This document shows, piece after piece, positions 1 to 8,751 of a stretch of DNA of 64,000 bases. The notes beneath the pieces were generated by a model. That model ran no database searches and was not told the origin of the DNA. It saw only the letters and a list, made by a program, of their open reading frames with translations. Both the position numbers and the translations under genes were made by a program. The DNA comes from a virus. The number at the start of each line of letters is the position of its first letter. Position 1 is the first letter of the stretch. The stretch is from positions 1-64,000 of the IMG/VR virus record IMGVR_UViG_3300009702_000021. One strand, written 5' to 3'.

Positions 1-582
1 CAGGGGGCCAGAACCGCCGTAGCCGAAGGTTCAGTCAACAAGGAGACGTCCTGGCTCGTTATTGACGAGGATCCGCTCACGATCGGGACAGCCGGAGGGT
101 CAGCGATCAACTGGCGCCAGTTGTCAACTGGCGCTGGTGGGGTATTGAGGGTTGAGGAGCAAGACGGCAGTCCATCGATCTTCCCGACCACTAAGATCGT
201 TGTCCCGAACGATACCCTCATGACCGGTGGTCTAGGCGAGGCAGCTCTTGACTTCAATGCCTTCGCTCTAAGAGAGGTCGTCCTAACGTTCTCTGCGCTC
301 GTAGCCGCAGGGACGGCTATAAACGTCCAGACGGGCGCCTACGCGGGGGCTGGATCACCTGCCACGATCAAGGGAGACGTTGACGTGACCCTCCCGGCTG
401 TAGGGGCAGCCTTCGCAGGTGACGCCAGGATTGAGATCAAGCTCAACGGACAAGAGCTTGATAAGGGAGACGGTACGGGCAACGGTATCGCTGAATGGGT
501 ATCATCGACCCAGTTGAAGATCAACCTCAAGATTAAGCCTAGTGGGATGGTGCTAGTCCGCGCACCGTTCCCGACTGCATAG
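1..582 (+). CDS. virion structural protein, 5'-truncated by the window edge
   Basis: The frame is open from base 1 and G/A/T/V-rich. Its C-terminal domain is similar to that of 593..1705. Confidence 0.6.
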   Translation, partial: QGARTAVAEGSVNKETSWLVIDEDPLTIGTAGGSAINWRQLSTGAGGVLRVEEQDGSPSIFPTTKIVVPNDTLMTGGLGEAALDFNAFALREVVLTFSALVAAGTAINVQTGAYAGAGSPATIKGDVDVTLPAVGAAFAGDARIEIKLNGQELDKGDGTGNGIAEWVSSTQLKINLKIKPSGMVLVRAPFPTA

Positions 583-592
583 GAGAGAGCGA

Positions 593-1705
593 ATGGGATT
601 CCTCGATCAGGAAACTCAGGTCAGGAACAGTGACGTATATAACGACACCGTTTCTGCGGGATCAGGTCTCGAGACTCCGGGGGCAGGGAACCAGAATATC
701 CGGTTCGACCTCAATGCGTTGCGCTCACAGGTTCGGAGGATTATCGACCCACAGGGGCTCACCGGTACGGCTGACTGGTTCGTGGATATCGCCACGGTCC
801 TCAACAACTTCGGCCTGCGTCAGATCCACGACAAGAAGTTCGCATTCCGCTCCCCCATTACCCCCGGCACGAATGACTTCACTCTTGGTGCGCTTGCAGG
901 GGTGGTGGAGATCGCTTCATCCCAGCTCGTTGGCGGGGTGGGGACCATCGCCGTCGGTCCCTCGTCCAATGCTGAGGGTGCGTACATCGCCGCCGATGAG
1001 TCCAACTTCACAGTTGCCGGCACTCCAGTCGCTGGACTGAGTGCTGCATTCGACGGCGACGGTGTACTACTCAACAAGGTAGACGTCATCGACTCCGTGA
1101 CTAACGAGGCCCCGACTGACGGAGGAGTGACCGTCTTCGGCCTCCTGCAGACTGTCACCGGTACGTCGGACGGGGCAGCCATCGCGGCAAGCGGGTCGGA
1201 AAACCTTCAGATCAGCTTCGTCAAGATCGACCCAGGAACGGACGCGATCACCGCTGTCAGTCTCGTGTCTGGGACCTACCATTTCGGGCTCCCTCGGCAG
1301 CGGAGCTTCTACGCCCTGTCTCGTGGATCGATCGTCTCTGGCGTGGACGCTCTCCCCGACGCGATCGGTCCGTCAGCGACTCAGGTCCGCCTCCCATTCC
1401 GCCACTTCGACGTGACTGCTAACGCGGCTGCCGGTGAGTCCATGAACATCCAGACGGGTGTGTTCTCTGGCTCAGGTACCTCGAGCGTCTTCGGCAGCTT
1501 CGGGACCCCGATCCTCCCAGCGACTGCTGCCGAGTTCAGGGACGATGCTCGCGTCAAGATATGGAGGAACGGCAACCTCCAGAGCAAGGGCGCCGGGAAG
1601 GAGGTCCAGTACCTCTCGACGACCCAGATCACCTGGAGGGAGAAGCTCAAGGGCTCTGGCGCGAACGCTGATGAGATCGTCATCGAGTCCCCGGCGAGCT
1701 TCTAG
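593..1705 (+). CDS. putative virion structural/decoration protein
   Basis: SD GGAG before ATG; beta-rich composition; lies in the head-neck region. Confidence 0.6.
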   Translation: MGFLDQETQVRNSDVYNDTVSAGSGLETPGAGNQNIRFDLNALRSQVRRIIDPQGLTGTADWFVDIATVLNNFGLRQIHDKKFAFRSPITPGTNDFTLGALAGVVEIASSQLVGGVGTIAVGPSSNAEGAYIAADESNFTVAGTPVAGLSAAFDGDGVLLNKVDVIDSVTNEAPTDGGVTVFGLLQTVTGTSDGAAIAASGSENLQISFVKIDPGTDAITAVSLVSGTYHFGLPRQRSFYALSRGSIVSGVDALPDAIGPSATQVRLPFRHFDVTANAAAGESMNIQTGVFSGSGTSSVFGSFGTPILPATAAEFRDDARVKIWRNGNLQSKGAGKEVQYLSTTQITWREKLKGSGANADEIVIESPASF

Positions 1706-1716
1706 CAGGAGGTCTC

Positions 1717-1998
1717 GTGGGTCGCCTAAGAACCGAACAGGTTGAACAACTTGCTGTTCAGGACCCTGGTGACCCCACGGCATCAGACGACTCAACGCTA
1801 GGTTACGTCAACGGAATGCGGTGGCTGAACACGACTACCAAGCGCGCATGGACCCTAGTCGATGACTCACCGGGCCTAGCCGTATGGCGTGAGAGCACTC
1901 CTTCGCCGGGAGGGACTGCTGACTTCGACAAGATCCTGACGACGGTTTCTACCTCTGTCGTGGTTGACAACGCTGGAAACGTGGTGACACGTCTATGA
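1717..1998 (+). CDS. small structural protein (DPTxxDDSTxGY..G.RW.N motif)
   Basis: SD AGGAGG, GTG start; motif resembles short repeat domains of phage fibre proteins. Confidence 0.55.
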   Translation: MGRLRTEQVEQLAVQDPGDPTASDDSTLGYVNGMRWLNTTTKRAWTLVDDSPGLAVWRESTPSPGGTADFDKILTTVSTSVVVDNAGNVVTRL

Positions 1999-2561
1999 GC
2001 TTCCACAAGGATTTGGTCGGAACAGACCTCCATGGATCTAAGAGCAACTCGGGGACTGGCTCTCCAGTAGGGGTAGTTACGCCCGGGGTCGTGGGTGAGC
2101 ACTACTTCGATACCACGAGCAAGAATGAGTGGGTCGCGTTCGGGTTAGTAAACACCAACTGGCAGCTTATCGGAGGTGGGATGGGGGGCCTGGCCCCGGT
2201 GACCGCAGTCGGGACCGTCACCACCACCAGCCTTGCAGACGTGCTCACGACTGGCATGACTATCACGCCACCGGCCGGAATGTATCGGGCGAGCTTTACA
2301 GGCTCTGCCGGTAACTTTCTCTCTGCACAGTCGGTGTTCCTATCGCTCTACGCGGGCGGTGTGAAGGCGTCCGAATCAGAGCGTGTGCTCACTTATGGGG
2401 TCACCTTCATCAACATCGGTGGTGGGTTCAGATACCCGTTCACCTGCACTGCGGAAGTTATAGTCAACGGATCTCAAGCTATCGAAGGTCGGTGGCGGGT
2501 AAGCGGTGGGACAGGATCCATGGTGCTGGGCCGTGTCCTCAGTCTGGAAAGGGTGGCCTAG
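1995..2561 (+). CDS. putative fibre/whisker-like structural protein
   Basis: ATGA overlap with the previous gene; G/T-rich, with a BclA/C1q-like C-terminal character. Confidence 0.5.
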   Translation: MSFHKDLVGTDLHGSKSNSGTGSPVGVVTPGVVGEHYFDTTSKNEWVAFGLVNTNWQLIGGGMGGLAPVTAVGTVTTTSLADVLTTGMTITPPAGMYRASFTGSAGNFLSAQSVFLSLYAGGVKASESERVLTYGVTFINIGGGFRYPFTCTAEVIVNGSQAIEGRWRVSGGTGSMVLGRVLSLERVA

Positions 2562-3493
2562 TGGCTACGCAGTTCGTTTACGATATTGCCGCTGATTTCC
2601 CTGTGGGAAAAGTCAACTTGGTCAGGCTCAAGCAGGAGATCGAGGCCTCGTCTATCACCATTGCGCTAGGTGACATCGGCTCAGTAGGCGGGGTTCTGGC
2701 TGGCGACGTGCTCACAGGTGGGTCGCTGACTGTCACATTCAAGGCCGATCTCTCACCAACAGACAAGGCCACTCTTGACGGAGATACGGCTGCACCTGCT
2801 GGCGGGCTTATCGCCGCGCACGACAACACCCCGACCCCTAGCACCATGCCGAAGCTCGATGAAGAGGGGGTAACACTCTCGAAGCCTCAGCCGCAAGATG
2901 TTGGCTATGAGATGTGTGATCGTGACTTCAAGATCGTGACCTGCAAGGTGTCACAAGCAGCAGCAGTTGAGGACCTCAAGCAGGACCCAGTCACGCTGCG
3001 AGAGGTCGCCTGGACTGGTCCCGAGCTAAAGATCGTGGGCGTCTACAAGGACGCCGGACCCGGGGCGCTGGTCTCCTGTGTAGATCAGGCAGACGCAGAC
3101 TTGAACGGGATCCTCTCGGTGTTCGACTATAAGGCGTATGACCAGGCAGACGGCGTCACCATGATCCCGTACAACATCCGGTCAGGGTCTCTCGTATCAG
3201 ATCCTGCTATCGATGTCGCGGCTGTCCCGGCGGCGCGGTTCCAGCACCGCGCCTACCTCATAGCGGCTCCAGACCTGGGACAGCCCTACTTCGTGCGGAC
3301 GTTCGACGGCTATGTAGCTGGGCGCCCGAATGCGGGTGAGTTGAGTACAGAAAGTCCCACTGCGAAGAAGCTCGACCCGGCCCTGGTGCCTGGGGTATCG
3401 AACGTGTTGCGGCTCTACGTACACCACCCAGCAGGGCAGAGCAACTCACACATTTTGTGGCTGCTGACCTATCGTCCGTCGGGGACGTTCTGA
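2561..3493 (+). CDS. hypothetical virion protein
   Basis: GTG start overlapping the upstream stop; long ORF with GC3-biased codons. Confidence 0.6.
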   Translation: MATQFVYDIAADFPVGKVNLVRLKQEIEASSITIALGDIGSVGGVLAGDVLTGGSLTVTFKADLSPTDKATLDGDTAAPAGGLIAAHDNTPTPSTMPKLDEEGVTLSKPQPQDVGYEMCDRDFKIVTCKVSQAAAVEDLKQDPVTLREVAWTGPELKIVGVYKDAGPGALVSCVDQADADLNGILSVFDYKAYDQADGVTMIPYNIRSGSLVSDPAIDVAAVPAARFQHRAYLIAAPDLGQPYFVRTFDGYVAGRPNAGELSTESPTAKKLDPALVPGVSNVLRLYVHHPAGQSNSHILWLLTYRPSGTF

Positions 3494-3921
3494 TGCTCGA
3501 CCCGAATCGTCGCGCACGCTACTATGAAGCCAGACCTGAACTGCTCGAACGCATGAGGGCGCTTGGGTGGATCAACGGGTGCGGGTCAGGGTGGGCTGAC
3601 GTGCCTGACTTCATGTGGGAAGAAGACTGCGATGAGCATGACTTCGACTACACCGTAGGTGGAACTGAGTCAGACAGACTCGACACCGAGTGGCGCTTCT
3701 CAATACGTATGATCCAGCGGGTCAACGAGACCTACAGCTATTGGAATCCGATGCGGTTCTTCGCACGCATGATGGCCTGGGCCTACTATCGTGGCGTGAA
3801 GGCACTCGGTGAGTTGATCGGTGCTTGGTCTGACCGTGAACGCGGGCTGACCATGTCTGAGTTGAAACAGCTAGTGTCGGAAGCCGAGGCATCACGGGGC
3901 GAGGATTCACCGAACACCTAG
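3493..3921 (+). CDS. phospholipase A2-like protein (NGCG...CxxHDxxY)
   Basis: NGCGSG and CDEHDFDY motifs typical of prokaryotic/phage PLA2-like proteins; TGATG coupling. Confidence 0.5.
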   Translation: MLDPNRRARYYEARPELLERMRALGWINGCGSGWADVPDFMWEEDCDEHDFDYTVGGTESDRLDTEWRFSIRMIQRVNETYSYWNPMRFFARMMAWAYYRGVKALGELIGAWSDRERGLTMSELKQLVSEAEASRGEDSPNT

Positions 3922-3968
3922 CTCGATCACTAGAACCTCGTCAGCTACACTCCTACACAGGAGTCATC

Positions 3969-5150
3969 ATGCCTAGCCTTGGACGCGGACAGACGAGCGA
4001 CTGTAGCAATCCGGTCCTCGACCTCTTCACGGCGGTCGGCAATCCTCCTGTACCGACGAACGTCGACATCCTCGAGTTCAGGATCTTCGACATCAGCACC
4101 CCAGCGAAGCGCAGTACCCCAGTCCAGGTCTTCCCGCTAGCAGCCGGGACATATCAGGCAGTCGATGCCCTGAATGACTGCCCTACTGGTCAGCGTCTAT
4201 CAGTCGGCCGCTACGTTGCAGAGTACACCGTCGATGCAGCGGAGCCTCTCGGAGATCACCTGATCGAGTGGCGCTTCCAGCAGACGATCGTTCACCCGCA
4301 GGAGACCTACTGCGAAGAATTCACCGTCACACCGTCGATCGTGATCAACCCCGACGACAACCTCTACTGCTCTGTCGCTGAGATCCGCGCTGAGGGCTAC
4401 AGTGAAGCGCTGCTCCCGGGCTACACGGCGCAGCAGTTCGACGACCGGATCCAGTCCCTGATCCGCATGGCGAGTCGCTACGTGGACAAGGTGACCGGGC
4501 GTTGGTTCTACGCTCAGACGTTCGACGAGAACAACCGCTTCATCGTCGACGGCAAGGGCGGCTGGATCACGGCTCCCTTCGACGTCCGAAGCGGCTCCCG
4601 CACGCTGATGCTCAAGATTCCCATCATCCGCCTCGACAAGCTGTTCATCCGCAGCGACGGGACTTTCAACCCGAGCCTGACCGAGATCGACCTCAGCGGC
4701 GAACTGATTCAGGTCTACAATCGTCACATCAACGGGCTGACTCATCCAGACGACCGCGAGAATCCCCGGATCGCCTTCATCCATACTCGCGCCGTACAGA
4801 CTATTGCAAGCGGTCTATTTCCGGCCCCACAAATCTTCCCAGAGGGTAAACAGAACGTCCACATTGAGGGGGTCTTCGGCTACACGGACCCGGACGGTAG
4901 CCCGTTCGGCAAGACCCCTGATCTGATCCGTCAGGCGACGTGCCGGCTGGTCGCCCGGGACATCCTGCTCGACGCCGATGAGTGCGAGAAGTTCGCTGCA
5001 AACAACAAGTTCAGGATCCTCTCGGACAAGGAAGGCTCGACTACGATCAGGCTCCAGAGCCTCTGGCTTGGAGGCGCATTCACCGGAGACCCTAGGATCG
5101 ACACCGTCCTGATGATGTACCGTCGTCCACCAAGGATCGGTGTCGTATGA
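3969..5150 (+). CDS. head-tail adaptor/neck protein with an N-terminal Ig-like extension
   Basis: YCSVAEIR...LIRMASRYVDKVTGRWF and GVFGY...P.LIRQAT pattern of gp6-like connectors; position. Confidence 0.65.
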   Translation: MPSLGRGQTSDCSNPVLDLFTAVGNPPVPTNVDILEFRIFDISTPAKRSTPVQVFPLAAGTYQAVDALNDCPTGQRLSVGRYVAEYTVDAAEPLGDHLIEWRFQQTIVHPQETYCEEFTVTPSIVINPDDNLYCSVAEIRAEGYSEALLPGYTAQQFDDRIQSLIRMASRYVDKVTGRWFYAQTFDENNRFIVDGKGGWITAPFDVRSGSRTLMLKIPIIRLDKLFIRSDGTFNPSLTEIDLSGELIQVYNRHINGLTHPDDRENPRIAFIHTRAVQTIASGLFPAPQIFPEGKQNVHIEGVFGYTDPDGSPFGKTPDLIRQATCRLVARDILLDADECEKFAANNKFRILSDKEGSTTIRLQSLWLGGAFTGDPRIDTVLMMYRRPPRIGVV

Positions 5151-5620
5151 GCACACCGGAGGAAGCGCGAGACGCGGGCTGCACCTTCTATTCCCTCCCT
5201 GGAGAGCTTGGCGACGAGGGAGTTGACCCGAAGATCCTCCCGATCTGCGAGGCGATCAACGCGAGTGGCTACTGCTGGACCGCTGAGTCTTGTGCCGGCC
5301 ATCCTGACTCGCCGGAGCCTCGCTGGGTCGACAACGTAGAGCCCATGCTGAGGCTCGTCTACGAGGCGTGCGACGAGGGCCGAGTGCTCTCTGCACTACT
5401 CAGTGCGTGTCGCTCCATGGAGGTCATGCCCGATGACGGAGACGGCATGACCCTCTGGAGCCGGCCTCAGGCGGCGGGACTCAAGGTGTTCCCGAGTATG
5501 AAGGGACAGCCAGGGTGGTGCGAGACCCTGATCTATGTCTACGCTACCACCGCTTGGTCTCGCGACAGGGGATTCGAGGCGCTGCGTCGATTTGCTGAGC
5601 GGCTGAAGGAGACGACGTGA
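5147..5620 (+). CDS. hypothetical protein (D.KI..I..AIN...T.ESC.GH motif)
   Basis: ATGA overlap; the motif is common in phage hypotheticals and reminiscent of the TYW3 N-terminus. Confidence 0.55.
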   Translation: MSTPEEARDAGCTFYSLPGELGDEGVDPKILPICEAINASGYCWTAESCAGHPDSPEPRWVDNVEPMLRLVYEACDEGRVLSALLSACRSMEVMPDDGDGMTLWSRPQAAGLKVFPSMKGQPGWCETLIYVYATTAWSRDRGFEALRRFAERLKETT

Positions 5621-6351
5621 ACAAGGTCAGGCTTTACACCAATGACGGCAGGTTTGTGACTGAGGTAACCGTCCCTCCCTGGAAAGTCCCGGTCGAGGTC
5701 TACGTCTGGGGCCAACGCATGTTCATCCTCCGCGAGGACGGGCGCTATACAGAGGCGTCTGGCATGTTCTGGGTCCCCCGGGAGATGAAGGACACCCCGA
5801 GCGCCCCGGTCGGCAAGGGGTGGCCGGAGAACGCTCACCCTGACGACCACCCGATGAACCGGGCCAAGGACACAGCCAGCGGAGAGCCCCCGGTCGACGG
5901 CCACTGGGACGGACCCACGCCGACGCCGGAGAAGCTCGCTGACGGACAGCACCGCGATCACTGGGTGCTTCCTGAGTCTGAGCGCGCCAAGGGCTTCGTT
6001 CGGCCGGTCCGCACGTCCTACGTTCACGTCGGACCCCCGAAGCCAGGTACGTTCCGAGAGTTGACCGTCAGCGAGCAGGAGCGCCATGCCGGCATGGGCT
6101 ACGTGCGCTTTGAAGAGTACGGCGAAGGCAAGAGCCCGGTCACCGGGAGGTTCTGGACCCAGGATGACCTCGACCGTCTCGGGTCGTCCTGCGGCGCCCA
6201 CACGACCATGCCTAAGGCAATCGCTGAGACCTATGCCCGTGACCCGGGTTACTACGGCAAGACCTTCTGTGCTGGTTGCAAGCTATACCTCCCGGTCGGC
6301 GCGAAGGGTGAGTTCACCTGGGATGGGAGCGACGAAAGGGTCGGGACCTAA
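5617..6351 (+). CDS. hypothetical protein with a C-terminal Cys cluster
   Basis: SD GGAG, GTG overlap; CG...FCAGC motif. Confidence 0.55.
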   Translation: MNKVRLYTNDGRFVTEVTVPPWKVPVEVYVWGQRMFILREDGRYTEASGMFWVPREMKDTPSAPVGKGWPENAHPDDHPMNRAKDTASGEPPVDGHWDGPTPTPEKLADGQHRDHWVLPESERAKGFVRPVRTSYVHVGPPKPGTFRELTVSEQERHAGMGYVRFEEYGEGKSPVTGRFWTQDDLDRLGSSCGAHTTMPKAIAETYARDPGYYGKTFCAGCKLYLPVGAKGEFTWDGSDERVGT

Positions 6352-6860
6352 TGGGGATCCTCAAGCCGTGCCTGAGCACCTCAGGCGACTCCGTTGTGGT
6401 GGGCAAGTTCTGCCTCTATGACGAGGTCGAGGCTATCAACGTCTCGGTGACCAATCCGGGATTCGATGACCTGATGGGTGAGCCCTTCCTCGAGGACACC
6501 AACGGGGACCGGATCGGTGAGCGCGTGCGTCCTGAGATCGCAGTTGACGTGCTGGGCAAGATCGAGTTCGGGACGTTCGAGGAACAGGTCCAGGACCCGG
6601 CAGGGAATGCACCGCGGAGTCGGGCGCGATTCCGGGTGGCCCGTTCTGAGCTGTTTGATCGAGGCCTCCTGGTAAACGGAGTGATCCTGCTCCGTCCTAA
6701 CGACAGGTTGAAGCGCCTCGAGGACCGTCGTGGTCGGATCCGGTGGGATTTTGAAGACGATGACCGCGATGGACTCTACGTGTTCGAGGTCCGACCCAGT
6801 GAGACTGGGAGCAACATGGTGGACGTCTTCCTCGAGAACCGTCGTCCGGTCGAACAGTAG
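6351..6860 (+). CDS. putative head-closure protein
   Basis: Size and position between the adaptor and the neck gene; TAATG coupling. Confidence 0.5.
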   Translation: MGILKPCLSTSGDSVVVGKFCLYDEVEAINVSVTNPGFDDLMGEPFLEDTNGDRIGERVRPEIAVDVLGKIEFGTFEEQVQDPAGNAPRSRARFRVARSELFDRGLLVNGVILLRPNDRLKRLEDRRGRIRWDFEDDDRDGLYVFEVRPSETGSNMVDVFLENRRPVEQ

Positions 6861-6876
6861 GCTTGCGGTACCGCAA

Positions 6877-7461
6877 GTGGCCGGCTTCAGACTTAACACC
6901 AGACTCAAGGGAAGCAAGGTCGCCAGGAAGCGGTTCGCACAGGCCGTCCAGAACACGAGGAAGCGTCAGTGGCTAGTCGTCCGCCGGGCCGCCCTATTCA
7001 CCGAGAAGGAGCTGAAGAAGGGGATCAGGAGCGGAGCCCCGGGGGGAAAGAAGTTCAAGCCCCTGGCGCCGTCCACGCGGATTCTCAGGAAGGGACGCAA
7101 GCCCCTGATCGACACCGGCTCCCTGCTCCGGTCGATCAAGACCACGCTGATCAAAGCACGCCTCTCCGCGTTCGTCGGCGTTCACCGGACGACGGCCGGC
7201 GGCGCCTTCAACGTGGCCCTCGTCCACGAGTTTGGGTCAGCCCCATTCGTCATTCCGGTCACGCCCGCAGTGAGGCGCCTGTTCTGGTACTTGCACTTTG
7301 TCAGCAACGGGAAGATCTTGCCCCTGAGTCCGAGCAAGACCCAGATCATGCATCCGGGCGTTCCGGCGCGACCGTTCGTCCGCCCGACGATCCAAAAGAT
7401 TCAACCTCAACTTCATGGAGTCATGCTCAAGACGTTCGCTGAACGCGGTGGTCCTATCTGA
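6877..7461 (+). CDS. virion morphogenesis/neck protein (HK97 gp10- or Mu gpG-like)
   Basis: KPLIDTGSLLRSI, VHEFGS and HPGVPARPF.RP motifs; GTG start right after a palindrome. Confidence 0.75.
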   Translation: MAGFRLNTRLKGSKVARKRFAQAVQNTRKRQWLVVRRAALFTEKELKKGIRSGAPGGKKFKPLAPSTRILRKGRKPLIDTGSLLRSIKTTLIKARLSAFVGVHRTTAGGAFNVALVHEFGSAPFVIPVTPAVRRLFWYLHFVSNGKILPLSPSKTQIMHPGVPARPFVRPTIQKIQPQLHGVMLKTFAERGGPI

Positions 7462-7495
7462 TAACATCACAGTAAGCCCGGAGGCGAGCTAGATC

Positions 7496-8404
7496 ATGGT
7501 CGCTCCCACGGTAAACACGCTCACCCCAAACACCGGGTTTAGCCGGGGAGGAACGTGTGTCACCATCGACGGGGCCGACTTCCTGCTACCCTCTGCCGGC
7601 GGTACCGTGAAGGTGTACTTCAACGACGTCGAGGCAGTCGAGGGTGGTCCGGTTGATGACACGACGGTGCTAGTCCTCACCCCTCCGGGCATTCTCGGCG
7701 TCGTGGACGTCCGGGTTGAGAACGTGCCCGATACGGGGACAACAGAGCCGACGACCGTCGTAGGTGGATTCACCTATCAACTGCCACAGCTTGAGACCAA
7801 CCGTGACCTCGGGGTATCCGAGGACAGCGTGCTGCTCCTGGTCACACGGACGCTGATCAAGGAGTTCAGGCGAGCAGTTATCGCTAACACGCACCACGAC
7901 ATACACCCCGAGTACGTCGACGCTCTCAGCGCGAGCCAAGGCCAGGAGGTCCAGGCTGTTGCCCCGAACCTGAAGGTGATCGGACCCAACGTGTCCGAAG
8001 ATAGGTTCTACAGCCTCAACGGTCGCTTCAACATCGAGACCGTCCCTGGTTTCGACGTCTACGACCAGCCGGTCACCGTCAGGCTCGACTACGACTACGT
8101 TGGTGTCGGGAGGAGCAAAGGCGAGGCGTTCAACCTCTGGAGTGCGATCACCGCCTACCTCAACCGCAGCATCTTCCTCGAGGTGCCGAAGGACGGGCTC
8201 GACCCGGTCAACGGGGTCATTGCCTTCGAGCTGAACCCCACCTTCGACGAGCGTGCCAAGTTTAGGACGACCACGCGACAAGGGTTCCACCAGTTCACTG
8301 GCGCCCTGCACCTGCGCGGCGTCCATGCAGTTGCTAACCTTGTTTGTCCAGGCCGCCGCGTCGTAGACTGTGTCATCGTGACGGAGAAGTTGACCATCCC
8401 CTGA
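7496..8404 (+). CDS. IPT/TIG-domain tail terminator-like protein
   Basis: N-terminal PTV..LTP..G...GGT.VTI.G IPT motif; located just before the sheath gene. Confidence 0.6.
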   Translation: MVAPTVNTLTPNTGFSRGGTCVTIDGADFLLPSAGGTVKVYFNDVEAVEGGPVDDTTVLVLTPPGILGVVDVRVENVPDTGTTEPTTVVGGFTYQLPQLETNRDLGVSEDSVLLLVTRTLIKEFRRAVIANTHHDIHPEYVDALSASQGQEVQAVAPNLKVIGPNVSEDRFYSLNGRFNIETVPGFDVYDQPVTVRLDYDYVGVGRSKGEAFNLWSAITAYLNRSIFLEVPKDGLDPVNGVIAFELNPTFDERAKFRTTTRQGFHQFTGALHLRGVHAVANLVCPGRRVVDCVIVTEKLTIP

Positions 8405-8488
8405 CTGAGTTAGCGGTACCGCAAGCTCACAGCTTGATACCTCAAGCCGGCGTCTGCTAACATCCCGGCGTAGCACGGAGATCCCGAC

Positions 8489-8710
8489 ATGGCGAAACTC
8501 AAGAACCTCACCCGGCGCATCCGCTCCTTCAACCTCGAGCACCCAGCGTTCGTCAACGCCCAGGGTGACAACGGTGTCGGGAAGCCGGAGTCACTGACCA
8601 TGATGCCCCTCGAGGCCAAGGACGTCCCGGACGAGGCCCTGGAGTGCCGTGAGATCCGGGCGTGCCTGAAGCCGTCGAAGGGTCACCCTACGCTCCGCGT
8701 ACTGGCGTAG
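8489..8710 (+). CDS. small hypothetical protein upstream of the sheath gene
   Basis: SD GGAG; good codon bias. Confidence 0.6.
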   Translation: MAKLKNLTRRIRSFNLEHPAFVNAQGDNGVGKPESLTMMPLEAKDVPDEALECREIRACLKPSKGHPTLRVLA

Positions 8711-8751
8711 TGTAAGCCCGAGCGTAGGACCCCAATACAGGAGGGAAACAC

